From Lingula anatina (lineage: Eukaryota; Animalia; Brachiopoda): DNA of 64,000 nucleotides. The notes below the pieces were generated by a model. It saw nothing but the letters and a program-made list of their open reading frames with translations, was not told where the DNA came from and searched no databases. The stretch spans positions 16,492,001-16,556,000 of the forward strand of contig CM120641.1 in NCBI GenBank assembly GCA_051362555.1, read 5' to 3'. How positions within the stretch are numbered: position 1 is the stretch's first letter; each line of letters begins with the position of its first letter. Position numbers and translations under genes: made by a program. Shown piece after piece: positions 1-12,800 of this stretch.

Positions 1-282
1 CATTCAAGGAAACACTGTTGATCCTGATTTAAAAAATATAACAATATATACCTGTATAAATCATAGTAATTAATTTAATTTAATTCAATTTACTTCTTAA
101 TACTTTCACCAGTTTTCAGGGGAAAAAAACACATATTTTCAGAAATAAAAATTTCAACTTTTAAAGCTGTATTATTATAATATTACTAGTATGGGATTTG
201 CTGTTATGAAATTACACAAGCAACACGGGTCAGGGGGTACTATTAAGGGGTTTTGTTTAAGTATTGAAATGAAAGTGTCTAT

Positions 283-671
283 TTACTTTTGAGTTATCCT
301 TTTCCAAATCTCCTCCTTCGATTTTTGAGTTACAGTGTTTGACAGTTGGCAAAAAAGAGTAGGATTGGAAGACACCTTGTCCACAATGATATCAATCTCC
401 TCATTGGAAAAACTACTACGCTTTTTCGGGAAATTTGTGTCAGCTGAGCAGACGTTCACGGAGCACGAGCATTTGTTGCTATATTTCTTGCCTTCGCGGT
501 CCGAAGAGCAGGGCTTCGAGATTACAATATTTACTTCCGGGCACAACCTCATGCGCTAATAGCGAAGAAAATTGCGAATGGTTTCGAGAAAGCTACGCAA
601 AAAAAACTAGCGCAAGTGTGCAAAACCATAGCGATTGCGCAAATTGCGAAACGTTTTGTGAAAGCCGGCCC
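283..671 (-). mobile_element. PIF/Harbinger transposon remnant: terminus plus degenerate Myb/SANT-like DNA-binding ORF
   Basis: The minus-strand translation KKRSSFSNEEIDIIVDKVSSNPTLFCQLSNTVTQKSKEEIWKRITQK matches the Myb/SANT-like (NAIF1/MSANTD-type) domain of Harbinger elements. The frame breaks where VN would be expected. The minus strand reads GGGCCGGCTTTCACAAAACG from 671, a Harbinger-like terminal sequence. The other end is not in the window. Confidence 0.6.
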
Positions 672-755
672 TGGGCTTTCTGGAGCCTGGAAAGATATAA
701 TCGCACATAATTATATTGTATCGCGATATCAACATTTAATATCACACTGAAATAT

Positions 756-1494
756 TGTAACGGATTTTATTAAGTCCAGTTTACAGTAATTTAATAAGGA
801 TCTGTCATTGTTTTAAAGGTTCTGATCGAATAAGAAACAAGCAACATAAAGAATAAAGTTTATTAAAATCTATCAAAACAAAATGTTCCAGTAAGTAATA
901 GTCTTGTGTGTGCATTGATGTCCAAAATGAAACATCTGTTCCGAGTACTGCCGATGATGGAGTCGTAGGAACACGGGTCGACGCTCAGGTACGGTATGGT
1001 CTGCGACGAAGGGTTCCGACATGGCGCAACCCTGTGCACTGTACCTGCGAGAATCAAGACGGTAGATTCCCCGAGTGCTGCCCACCAACGGTAACCTTAG
1101 GTTCCGACACGGCGCAAACCCTGTACTGGCGTGAACAGAAACAACTAACCTCCCCAGTACACCTGCCAGAGAGAGTGAAATTCTCTCAATCAGAGCCTCG
1201 AGCTGAAAGCGTCTCCTGAATCCAATGTCTTCAGCTCAGCGTGAGGTGAGCGCACTGAAAGACAAAGAGGCCGACGTTGTTCTTACCCAGGGGGCATGAG
1301 AGGGAGGGTATGGACATTTTCTTACTCTCGCTGATTCCCCTCGGAGCTTATTGATACTGCAAATGTCCATAGAAATGGTACACTGATCACATACATTAAA
1401 TAAATGGTGAGGCACATAAATCTCCCCCAACAATCACATGAACATTTATCAACTTAAAACAACTGTCCACGTGGTAACTAAAATTTTCATTACA
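756..1494 (-). mobile_element. 3' LTR of a Ty3/Gypsy retrotransposon (~739 bp)
   Basis: The minus strand starts TGTAAT at 1494 and ends GTTACA at 756 (TG..CA termini). It directly follows a polypurine tract, and there is a minus-strand AATAAA near 859-864. Confidence 0.75.
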
Positions 1495-1516
1495 ATGCCC
1501 TCCCCTCTACGAGTCC
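1495..1516 (-). other. Polypurine tract of the Gypsy element
   Basis: Minus-strand GGACTCGTAGAGGGGAGGGCAT abuts the LTR TG. Confidence 0.7.
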
Positions 1517-1717
1517 TGTCCTCATGGCTCAAGTAACATCAAAAGAAAGAAAACTTTTCAAACAACTGCTGAAATATTACAACTATTAACAATATAAAAG
1601 TGAACTAACAATAGACTAATAATCTAACTCCGAACTTTGAAAAAATCCAGCAATAGCGAGTGACGTTCTCAGTTGAGCCAAGGGTATCAAATGACTTGAA
1701 CCAATGCATTTTTATAC

Positions 1718-3480
1718 TTAAACATAGTCTTTAAACCTCGGGGGAGGCCGTCGGTTGCGCCGCGGTCTCCTCGGGACTGGAGCTAGAGCATCGACAGTAC
1801 TGTTTGGGACGGGCTCACTCTTACCATCTTCTTCTCTAGCAGGTGGAACGGAATCGGTTTGAGTCTCAGTTGGGCTTTTCCTTTTATCACCATCCGTCTG
1901 TTCATTTATAACCTCTTTTTCATTAGTAAGTGGAGCAAGATCAATATCAGTCTCAGGAGGTATCTCTATACTTCCGTCACCATCCGTCTGTTCTTTTGTA
2001 CCCTCTTCTTCAATGGCAGGGGGAACGGGATCAGTTTGAGTCCTAGGATATGCCTACATGCTTTGTCACCATCCGTCTGTGTTGCTACCGTTTTGTGTCG
2101 ATCTACCGGTACAAACCAGGGAGCCACTGCACTGCCATGATATTTCTTCAGACAATCTCCATTTATAATCTTCACGTCAGATCTAGCATTCTTCTGTAAC
2201 TTGTACACCACATCACTCAACTTGTCAACAATAGTGAATGGTCCCACCCATTGACATTGTAGTTTCGGGCTCAGTCCCTTCTTCCTAAGTGGGGAGTATA
2301 ACCACACCATGTCTCCAACACAGAATTTTTCCTCATCCAAACACAGATCGTAATACTTCTTTTGTCTCTTGGCTGCCTGTCCAAGCTCATGCCTGGCTAT
2401 GTTAAAGGCCTCTTCCATCTTCATCTGCATTTCAACGGCATACTCTAGAGTGGTCTTTTCTTCGTCCGCTGGTGACCCGATCATGACATTTATTGGCAAG
2501 TTGATAAGACGATTTGGAGACAGAGTTGTACTTTCATGCACGGTCGCTCGGTACGCCATCATTAAATATGGTATATAGTCATCCTAATCTGTCTGATGCT
2601 TAGAGGTAAAGATCTTTAACATAACACCAATCGTCCTATTAAATCGCTCCACCATACCATTACTCTGGGGATGATAGGCTGTGGTGACAGTTTTCTTCAC
2701 ACCAGAAGTTTGCACATCTCTCCAAATAGCTTCGACTCAAAGTTCCTCCCTCTATCGGTATGAATTTTGTGTGGGGCACCAAATCTACAAATAAATTCTT
2801 CCATGAACTTCTTGGCGACAGTTTCAGATTCTTGGTTTGGAATGGCATATGCTTCTGTCCATTTGCTGAAATAATCACTTACAACCATGACAAATCGATT
2901 GTTTGCATCTGTCATATGGAAAGGTCCTTTGATATCTATTCCAATTCTTTCCAATACAGCACCAACTGCCAACTTCAATTTAGGTTGCCTCTTTTTGTTA
3001 GGACTCTTTGCAGCCCCACACTCATCACATTGTTGTACCCATAGTCTAATTTGAGTGTCCATACCTGACCAATGACATCTTTCTTTAAGGGCCAAGATAG
3101 TGCGATGTACTCCAAAATGTGGGATTGGCATGAAGGTGTTCAAACATTGTTCTCCTCAACGGTTCAGGGGTCAACAATTGCCAATGGAAACTTTTATCTT
3201 GCTTCTTAAATGGCCATTTTCGGTAGAGCACCCCATTCTTCAATTCTAGTTGGTCAAACTGACTCCAATAGCACTTAAGTGACTCACTTTGATCACGTAT
3301 CGTTTCAAAAGATGGCCGCTGTCCACATCTCTTCCATTTAAATGAATTAATTTGCCAAACACCAAATCGTCTTCCTGTAATTTACTCAGGTTCTTGGGCG
3401 AAATGAAAGGCAACCAATTCATTTCAGCTAGTCATTATTTCCTCAGCCTTTCTGTACACTGACATGAGAGTTTGACACAT
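1718..3480 (-). pseudogene. Frameshifted Gypsy pol remnant (integrase zinc finger, rve core, GPF motif, C-terminal tail)
   Basis: Visible motifs are HFGVHRT..CHWSGM..CDEC, ERIGIDIKGPF..VVSDYFSKWTEAYAIPNQ..IHTDRGRNFES, YRATVHEST, SPKLQCQWVGPF and a terminal PRRPRRNRRPPPRFKDYV*. They are split across frames. The left (5') boundary is approximate and RT/gag are absent. Confidence 0.9.
1850..2085. repeat. ~90-bp degenerate tandem repeat (about 3 copies) in the integrase tail
   Basis: TCACCATCCGTCTG(T) recurs at ~1887, ~1977 and ~2066. Confidence 0.6.
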
Positions 3481-4561
3481 TTGACTTAACTTATTACCAC
3501 TGAAGTAAGGTCTCACTGCTTTTAAACAAAACAACTTAAGTGATCCCAGACATCACTGCGGGTATTAAATTCCATCAGATTTCAGTTCTGCACGAAATTT
3601 GGCCATACAGTAAGTAAAAGTATGGATATTTGACAAACCATGGTAAAATTTTTATTTTAGACTTTTATGTAATGGGTTCAATTTTAGCCAGAACTCACTT
3701 TGATTGCATCTCTTCAAAATATTGATTTTCAGTCATCTGATCACTCTTGTGGACATATTACTATGTAGTTCAATAAAAAATCAAGGCGCTGCATTAAAAT
3801 CTGTAAGATAACATGTTGGATATGTACTCTGTATGAAACATTAGGGCATTGTTACAAAAAATACACCTATATGACAAATAAATGAAATAAGCAAGAGATT
3901 AAGTTTTTTGGCATTTTTATTTTATAAAAGTACTGTTTGTCCTGTGTTTGTTAAAAAATAATTATTAATTTGACCAATGCAGCCAAAGCAATTCTGCAAT
4001 GAAATTCTTACCATTGGCGATTGTTGTAACCTCTTACAATTTTCTGGGATTCATTACACACTGAAACACAAAATGACCCACTCTCCCCTCCTCTCTTACA
4101 TTACTCCATTTACCCAAAATTTCAAAAAGCTGGAGGATCACTAGACATCTCTCTAGTTGCCTTTTATTATTAAAGGTAAAGCACCAATAAATATATTTGC
4201 TCTGCTCACATTAAAACTGAAACTGCATTCATTTTGCAGTAAAAGTCTGTGGTAAATTTGATGGTTTCACAACACCTTGCTATGCTGCATCAAATGTTGT
4301 CAATTATTTTCTCTTATTTAACCTTTAAAGACATTAAAGACCCTAAATTATATCATAGTTACTGTAATATTCAAAATTTGACACGAGTACAAATGTAATA
4401 CATGGCAGTTCAGACTCCATCTTTTTTTCTTTTTTGGCGAATTGTTTAGTTGACTTCATCTCTTACTTGTTAGTTCAAGTAAACTGAAAAACAATAACAG
4501 TGGTTATTCTTCCCAAAGGGATTGTAAAAATTAAAACCATGCTCCTCCATATCTTCTCCTG

Positions 4562-6101
4562 CTATACACTTATTGTTTTGAATATATTAAATCCACTATG
4601 AGCAGTACTCAATATTAGTCCAGGAATCTGAGGATGCCAGTGTAATTCCTTAATATCTGTCTGTCCCATATGTATAAACAATAACTGAGGAGGCACCTCT
4701 GGCTCTTCCATTTTACTCCCTCCAGGTGCTTCAGAGTCTCTTTCCACAGCTAAATCCCACAGCGTAATCTGATCATCAGATCCCGAGGCTGCAAACACTG
4801 AGAAGTCTGCCTGGTGCCATTCCACTGATGTGATTGGAGCAGTATGGTGCTTGAACAAGGCTACAGATTTTCCATTCTGAAATTGATGTGTAACGCTGTT
4901 ATCAATTTAACTTACATCAATATTTAGTTATATTATTCTAGTAGGTAGATCTATCAAAATAATGGAAGGTATTGAGAATTCATTGAATTACTGATCTTGT
5001 TGTTAAATACAAAGTCATACTGAAGACCTTCCAAAGTGAGCTACAGGCTAAGAAAAATTCACCTTCATATTTTGACATCCCATCTCACATCTAGCAGATT
5101 TTTACAGCATTATTTTCAAAAACTTGAAAGTGCAATTCCTTAATACCGAAAATGAATAACAAACCATGAATCCAAAATAATAACAGTAATAAAAAACTCA
5201 CTTGAAATTGTCTCAGATCCCAGATTTTTAAGATGCCATCATCTCCCCCAGATACAATGAAAGGTTCTTTTCTGTTCCAACTGATCACATTGACATCTCT
5301 TTCATGTGCACTTTCAGTAGTTAACATACATGCTTTACTTGGTGCTGCTCTAGCATCCCATATCCGTATTGATCTGTCCACTGAGCATGACGCAAATACC
5401 TAAAACACACAGTGGGTTGATTATCGAGGTTTTGGTCTAAATTTAAATCACCCTTTCAAACAATATAAATTAATGAACCAAAAATATCCAAAAACTTTTT
5501 TCAATCCCCACAAACTTTTTTCAGTGTTTTCACCATTGATTCCATTTTCAAAGCCGTTTCTTTATAATTACTAAGTTATGATCTACTTAAAAGACACACA
5601 TTTGATTTTTCTTATTACAACTTACATTGGGTTCATTTGGTGACCACTGTATGTCCTCTACTGAGGCTGTGTGTGCAGCATAGGGTCTCTGGTCAACATG
5701 CCATGTTCCCCCTTCTTTAGGTGTCCAGATGTGGATATTCTTATTGCAATCTCCTGTGGCCAGCTTTCCTGGGAAAAAAAGCAAAATCATGAAATGATGT
5801 ATAATTCTTTAAGTTAAATATACCATTTCTGATAATTATTACTGCTTACCTACTCTGCCATATTTTTGCAGTGACTGAGCTCATATTTCTGTGCCTTTAT
5901 ATTGTACTGGAAAATCTGGCTGGTTTGAGAAAAGACCCCCCCCCCCCCACCACCACAGTAAACAAGATTTTAAAAACCTTCAGAATCACACGTTCAAGTT
6001 CAACATATATTTCATTTCATTTCTCAATATCTTTACATCTGAGACAATATTGCAGTACATCTATGGATTATCAATGTTCAATAAAAACTACAAATTCTTC
6101 T

Positions 6102-6154
<53 letters not shown>

Positions 6155-7803
6155 GGTTCTGTAGATGACCAATCCATGGCAAATCCCTCCACCTGGTGCC
6201 CACCAAATGTGTACAATGGCGGAGGAGATTCCTGGTTCCTGGTGTATATACTCATCACACTGGAGTCATTGACTGCACTTAGAGGCCTGGACAAATCCCA
6301 GATGTGCACCTTCCCCATTTCTGACCATGATGCTGCTATGGATTTGTCTCCAACAGTTGTTGCCTAAAAATACCAGAGGCAAAAGTGCACAACATAGAAT
6401 CTTCTATAAAATCATTCTTTGGGGTTTATAATCAAAGTACCAATCTATATTCTTATGAATTCTTTGTATTTTAACTAATTACATTTCAGAACACTTTATT
6501 CAATATATTCTGCCTACCAGTTTTAACTTTTTGAGTTGTTATAGTTGATAAAATTCAGGGCATACATGTACAATGTATTAACATTTAATTTCTCAGCAGG
6601 CTGAGACTCCATGTAATAGAATAACTCCCAGCACAAGTCATACTGAACTGAAAGGTCGCTAAAAAAAGAATTCATGTAGTCACTTCAAAACTGCATACCC
6701 TAACTCTGTTGACACCACCATTATGTTTTATCATGGCAGCTTCTAGCTCCGGCTTTTCATCTTCATCTTCGCTGTCCGACTCTGATCCAGCATCATTGTC
6801 CTCTTCGTCTTTATTTGTCTTATGAAGATTGGACATCTTCATCACAATCACATGATTAGCATGTGACCTTTCAGCTTGTGTACCACAGACAATATAGGTT
6901 GTCATAGGGAAGTCTTCCCTGCTGGCACCCAAACTGTCCTGAAGGATATCAAAGCTGAGGCATGGGGCACCTGAAAACAAAAAAATATATGACCCCATTC
7001 CCATAGATTTTAGATCGATCTATCCCTGTGGGGAATCTCACTAGATTACTGTCAGCTTAGCCGGCTTAAGCCTCTGTCCTGCCTACTAAAAGCTGTAAGA
7101 GGGTAATTAACTATGGTGCGCGCTCGGCTGACTGCAATTTAGCGTGCACCCCCAGGGAGTTAGGTCGATCTAAATCTAAATCTCTGGATCGATCTAAATC
7201 TCTGGGAATGCACCCTTAGATAAAGGTGTACACACACACATACATACGTCAGTTAAGTCCAAGATGTCAAGACCATGTCAAAATAAAAGGGGTTACTTAA
7301 AAAAAGATGACATCTTCTTTGCAGTCTCAGGAACAGCTGGCAGTTTGCGTTTTAACATATTATTAATTCGTGGCTACTTCATTTATTTCTTTTCTTTTTC
7401 ATGTTTTATTATGAACGCAGCCATAAATAAATGTTTATGTTAATTAAATTTTTTGTCTACTTTTAGGCTTATCCAAGTGTTTAAGGTGCACTTTTAATAA
7501 CAATTTCTGTCAATCCAACAGTGATAAGGAACCAAGTACGTTCTGACACTAATAACAGCAATACACCAAGGACCGGACAAGGTTTACCAAATTATTACAT
7601 TTACCCGTGTGAGCTTGGTGATACATAACATATGCACTTTCATCGTGAACTAGTTCTTCCCCGTCATCAAGTTGAGTTCCTGGAAGGTAAGCTTTGGGTT
7701 CCGATTTTTCTTCGGTCATTTCTTCTTCATCTGGTTCATCCTCATCTACGGGAACATATTCCATTTCACCATCCTCTCCTGAACCCATGCCTTCGTCGGA
7801 CAT
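4562..7803 (-). CDS. GRWD1: Glutamate-rich WD repeat-containing protein 1 (Rrb1 orthologue); exons 7803-7605, 6970-6699, 6363-6153, 5768-5626, 5399-5202, 4876-4562
   Basis: Acidic N-terminus, then [68 protein letters not shown] and the C-terminal [34 protein letters not shown]. All introns are GT-AG with consistent phases. Confidence 0.96.
6105..6152. repeat. (AC)24 microsatellite forming the 5' end of GRWD1 intron 3
   Basis: Read directly; on the minus strand the junction is CCAG|GTGTGTGT... Confidence 0.95.
6991..7215. mobile_element. Degenerate MITE (Harbinger-like TIRs) in GRWD1 intron 1
   Basis: Left CATTCCCATAGATTTTAGATCGATC is an imperfect inverted copy of right GATCGATCTAAATCTCTGGGAATGCACCC. 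Confidence 0.55.
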
Positions 7804-8132
7804 CTTGACTCTCATGTGGTGGAGGTCAGAGTTCAAGTATACAGAGCTAGTTATTGGTTACAATCTTTATAGCGTTACATCTTTTGCTCTTTATCTTTTA
7901 ATGTTGTATTTTTAGAAAAAAAGATGTAATTGAATGTTGAATTCAATCTCACTTATATTACATGTAACTATCCAAATCAATTACAAAGCATAAATATTTT
8001 AAGACAAAACTAAATTAAGACTAACAGTGTTACTGAGCTTAACATATCACATGACTGAATTAGCCAATCATATTTTATTGGACTTCGATACCCTACAACA
8101 AATGGTTGACCTTCGGGAAGCTGAAAGTGGAG
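7804..8132. promoter_or_regulatory. Probable bidirectional promoter for GRWD1 and the CCDC154-like gene
   Basis: The genes are divergent. CCAAT boxes lie at ~7854 (reverse), ~8064 and ~8077 (reverse). A strong plus-strand donor GAG|GTAAGT at ~8132 suggests a non-coding first exon. Confidence 0.5.
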
Positions 8133-8723
8133 GTAAGTATTAAAAACTTCGACAGTCAATACAAACTAATTCTAAGTACAATTTAACATCATCAGAAGTG
8201 ATCTAACTGAAGATTTGGTTTCTACTGGCCATTTTGCTGTTGACAAGTACCTATTAGATTAGTTAGAACTCATTTAAAATGAGTAGGTAGTGTACTGATT
8301 TAGATTTCAAAACCCTTTTACTATATATACTACTGGAGTAGAGTCAGACACTAAGTTACTATTCTAGATCGAAGTTCTTCTGAATAACAGGTGGGATGTC
8401 AAAGTTCCCCCTTGGCTTTTAAGAAAAACTCTTTCTTTGTCCATCTTTTTACTGGATCGTAAAGTAGTTTATTTCTTTTATTCATTGCTCTACTGTATGC
8501 AATCACTTTATATACATGTGTATTACTGTTATCAGCATTTATTTATTAAAATTATTATTTTAATTATTATTATCATAATTATTATTGTTGCAATTATGGC
8601 CTCCTTATTTATAAATGATTGTTTTGCAAAGAACTGCATTGTACCAGGTACGGTAGTGTTGCAGTCCAATTGCAGTTCTGAGTTTTGAAATTTTGATTAG
8701 AGTGTTGGAAAACTACATAATTT

Positions 8724-8867
8724 TTCAAATTATTGTTTTTCTTTTTATCAAGAGCTTGTAAAATATGTGGGTATTACCTCCAATATTTCTGTGACTGTCA
8801 TTAAATATTGGAGGTAATACCCACATATTTTACAAGCTCTTGATAAAAAGAAAAACAATAATTTGAA
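8724..8867. repeat. Perfect 65-bp inverted repeat with 14-nt spacer
   Basis: 8724-8788 is the exact reverse complement of 8803-8867. Confidence 0.95.
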
Positions 8868-9863
8868 TTTATACATACAGAGCTAATGAAACTGTTCTCT
8901 CATTTACATAATTTTTATTCAATTTAACAATCTAACAAGTGAAAGATGACTTTCACTAATTTTTTATGAAGAATCCTAATATCCCCATATACCCTATATC
9001 ATCATGTTGTGGTTTACAGGTACAAACAGTAATTTGTATCTACCTGTCCCTTTAAGTATTAAGATTGTTCACACGTTTTGTTTAAACTTATTTTCAATTC
9101 AACTGTTTTACTTTTTAATTATTTAACTTTTCATTTTTCTTGTTCAGAATATTTCTTATAAAGCTATATAATAACTAGTCTAGTATGTATAATTATGAAA
9201 TTGCATTTTGTTCTATTATGATTTTCATTGGATGCATTGCAGTTAATTTTATCTTCCTTTGTTTTGGATATAGGTTTTTATTCAAGTTTTTCCTTATTTA
9301 GCACAAATAATATGAAGGTATGTTCTATATGTTAGGGTTCAGTGTCTATTTCTATTTATTTTTGGTGTCTGTTAATCATTAAATATATATTTTTTGTTTC
9401 TCTGTATTTTCATATGTCATTTTTTCAAATTTCGTTTTTTTTTTCAATTTTTTATTCATCTTCACACTATTAGTATTTTAATATAGTATCTTTATATTTG
9501 TTGTTAATTGGTTTTTAGGCCCTTAGCTTTAATGTGAATTACACAATGATCATGACTCCAGTAGGTGGCAGTCATATCAGTAATGTGTTGACAATTAATT
9601 CATTATGCTAACATGAGTATTGTATTGATTTGTGATGAGGCATATTGTTTGTTGTTTCAAACATTTGCTTGCTAGTCAATAGTGAGCAATTTAGTTTTAC
9701 ATTTGATTCTCTCAGGTAGGCAGAAAAAAGATCAATAATGACAAGGTTTTAAGTGACAAAAGGTATTATTGATTATACAGAAACAATGGTAGTATAATGG
9801 AGTCACCTGTATGTTCTTTTTTTTTGTGCAGGAAATTAATTTTGATGAGGAGTTTGGGATGAA

Positions 9864-12800
9864 ATGGAGAAAAGCAAGTATCCTCATAGCCAGAGAGTAA
9901 ATCCCATAACCATGCAGTCGTGAGTATTTTCAATGAAAATTTCAACGTATATGTAACTGCATGTTAAATAATAAAAAAAAAAAGAAATGGCTTTTTCCAT
10001 GTCTTTCCCATGTAAGATATTGTTGGAACATATTATATTCCTGATCCTAGAACCATTGGTGCTTGTGAAGTGACATTTTTACAAAGCCATTGTTATTTTC
10101 TTGTTTTTTATATCTTTATTATTAGTACCCCTTTTTCACTTATTTTAATGAGGTGTGACTTCTCACAGGTTGAAGAGTTCTGTCTTTACTCACAAGTTTC
10201 ATACATCAGAAATGAAATGCAATGTTTGGCTAAATATCAAATCTTTAAAAAATTTCCAGGTATTTCACCTTAGTTGACTCCACATATATATATATATATA
10301 TGTTTCATCTCTTTAAAAATCACTTTTCTCTTGCATTTTTGTGTAAGATAAGGATGATTTAAAGCTTCTACAAGTAAAAGAAAAGTTGAGATTTTTTCCA
10401 GTTTGTCATGTGTCATTGCTTATCTTGTAACATATTTCTTTCTTTTTGTTTGTAATATATTATACTGGTAGCTGAATAACGCAACCCAAAAGCATCCAAA
10501 AAAAAAATTAAAAAAAACAAACAAACAAACAAAAAGACTAGAAATGACTCGGAAAATTCATACCTGTGCCAAGACAGCACAGCTCTCATTGTAAAATAAT
10601 TAATCAATGAAACACCACCAAAATCTAATTGATTCTAAGTTGGTGCACTTCTGACCTGTCCTGAAAATTTCATCAAATCTGTCCATAATTATTTCCATAA
10701 TGTTGCTAACAGTCAACCAGACAAACAGAACCAAAGGCACACAAGGCATAGAAGAAGTAAAAAGCATCTTTGGAATTTAAGATAAAGGTTAAGTAAAGGC
10801 TGTATATTTTATGAAAAAGAAAAATCAAAGTCCTCTTTAGCCTTGGGAAATTTATTGATCAAGGTTTTATTTATCTGTCAGTTTGCAAGCTGAATAAAGT
10901 TTGCACACAAAAGAAATCTTGACAGTTGGCTTATTTTGAATGTTATTCTCAAATAACAATGAATAGTTCTCCCATTGTTTAATGGATGAATACAAATGAT
11001 AAAATAACCTTCTGTCAGTGCTTTTTAGTATGAGCAGCAACAGCATCCCAAAGGAACAGTCCATTAAATTTGTATGTGTAGCACAAACAAATACCATTCC
11101 CCCTGGGCCCAATGATCAGCAGTGTGATATGTGTTGACAATTCACATGGAACAGGTTTCTGTATCCAGTAGGGAATTTTATTGAAAATGGCATTATTGTC
11201 TGTATATGGCATTGTCAGTTCCGGGAAAGGAGCATGCGATGGTTACATTGTTCTTGGAGCATTGTAGGGAAGTGTATTTTGTACATTTGGCATTCAGCAA
11301 ATAATGATTCGTATATGCAACACACCTTATTAAGACGTAAGATGTAAAATTTGATATTTGGGAACTGAAGTTTTCATTCTACATTATGTTTATTGGAAGG
11401 ACATATTCAGCATGTCTTATTGGCTAAGATATTCAAGGTATATAATCTTTTGAGTTAAATGTATTATGGGAATTATGATATCACTTGGTTATTTGTTTAA
11501 AATTTCATTACTCTGTAAAACAGAATTGCAACTTTTTAGAAGTACTAATTGCACTGATAGGTGTGTATGGAATGTCTTTTTTATATACTAATTTTTCTGA
11601 CCAAACATAAGGTATGCAAGTATGTATACGTATGTATACATTATATTCCTGAGCTGATTTCGTTTTATTCCAGGCCTGGGCCTCAGTTTCCATCCAAATA
11701 TGGTGCTCTGCCCAGTATCCAGAACAGAAACTCCCCTATCCCAACAAAAGACAATCAGGTAGTCCCAATGGACCACAGTTTTGATGCAGAGCCAGAGGAG
11801 AGATTACGCCATCTGGAAACCAGAGTGAATGTCACTGAAAAATCCAACCGAGCCTTGTTGGAAGAAGTAGTCCGGTTGCAGAGTGAACTGAAAACCAATG
11901 TGCGTAGAAGTGAGGATGTATTACGAGAGGAGAGACAAACAAGACTTCAGCTTGAGAACTCTTTACGAGCAAGCAATGATTTGATAGCACAGTTGAGCAG
12001 CAGGTTAAAAAGAACAGAGGATAAAATAGCAGAGGAGAGAATGGCCATCTCAGCCCTGGTCAATCATACTAAAAGTGTGGAGCAGGCAGTGCTGGGCAGT
12101 CAGCAGGAGCTGGTCAGTAGGAAGGAGGCACAGACGGCCAGGTAAACCATGTTCACACAAGAGCCAACTTGGACCAAAACACACTTACTGATGTCACCCA
12201 ATAACCAAAATTTTAAGTCAATCCTTTAGCCTATATAATTTGGTTGTCTATTGATGTCAGATGGCAGGTTTTATTTGTCTTTTTTTGTCCGAGTTCATCC
12301 TGGTGTGAACATGACTTTATTTACATCATCATGACTTTGATTTTCACTTCGCCTATATGACTAGGCTTGTCTTCTAATTGTTTTCATATTCAGTGTAAAA
12401 CTAAAAATACAGCTTCTCTTTGAAATTGTATAAAAGATCTCAGTTTTTAATTAATTGCTTGAATTTTAATTAACATTTATAATTTTGCCATAAAAAAGGG
12501 TAAAGGGAACAAAAGAAAGAAAGGAAGAATAAATGTATAGCTGAAAAATATAATGAAGGGACAAAGGGTTTTATCACTATAGATTTTAGTCTACTGTAAA
12601 GACAATGCTTTGATTCTTAATGTCCAAGTATTTATAACAGGTTGCAGGAAATGAAGGAAGAGTTGGAGGAGGTGTCCAGGGCAAAAGACCAGTTAGAAAG
12701 ACTGACCTTTAACTTGGTGGACGAAATGAGACAGCTTAAGGGCAGGATGGATAATCAAAACATGGACTTTGCATCAGTGGCCAACGATTTAAAAAATAAA

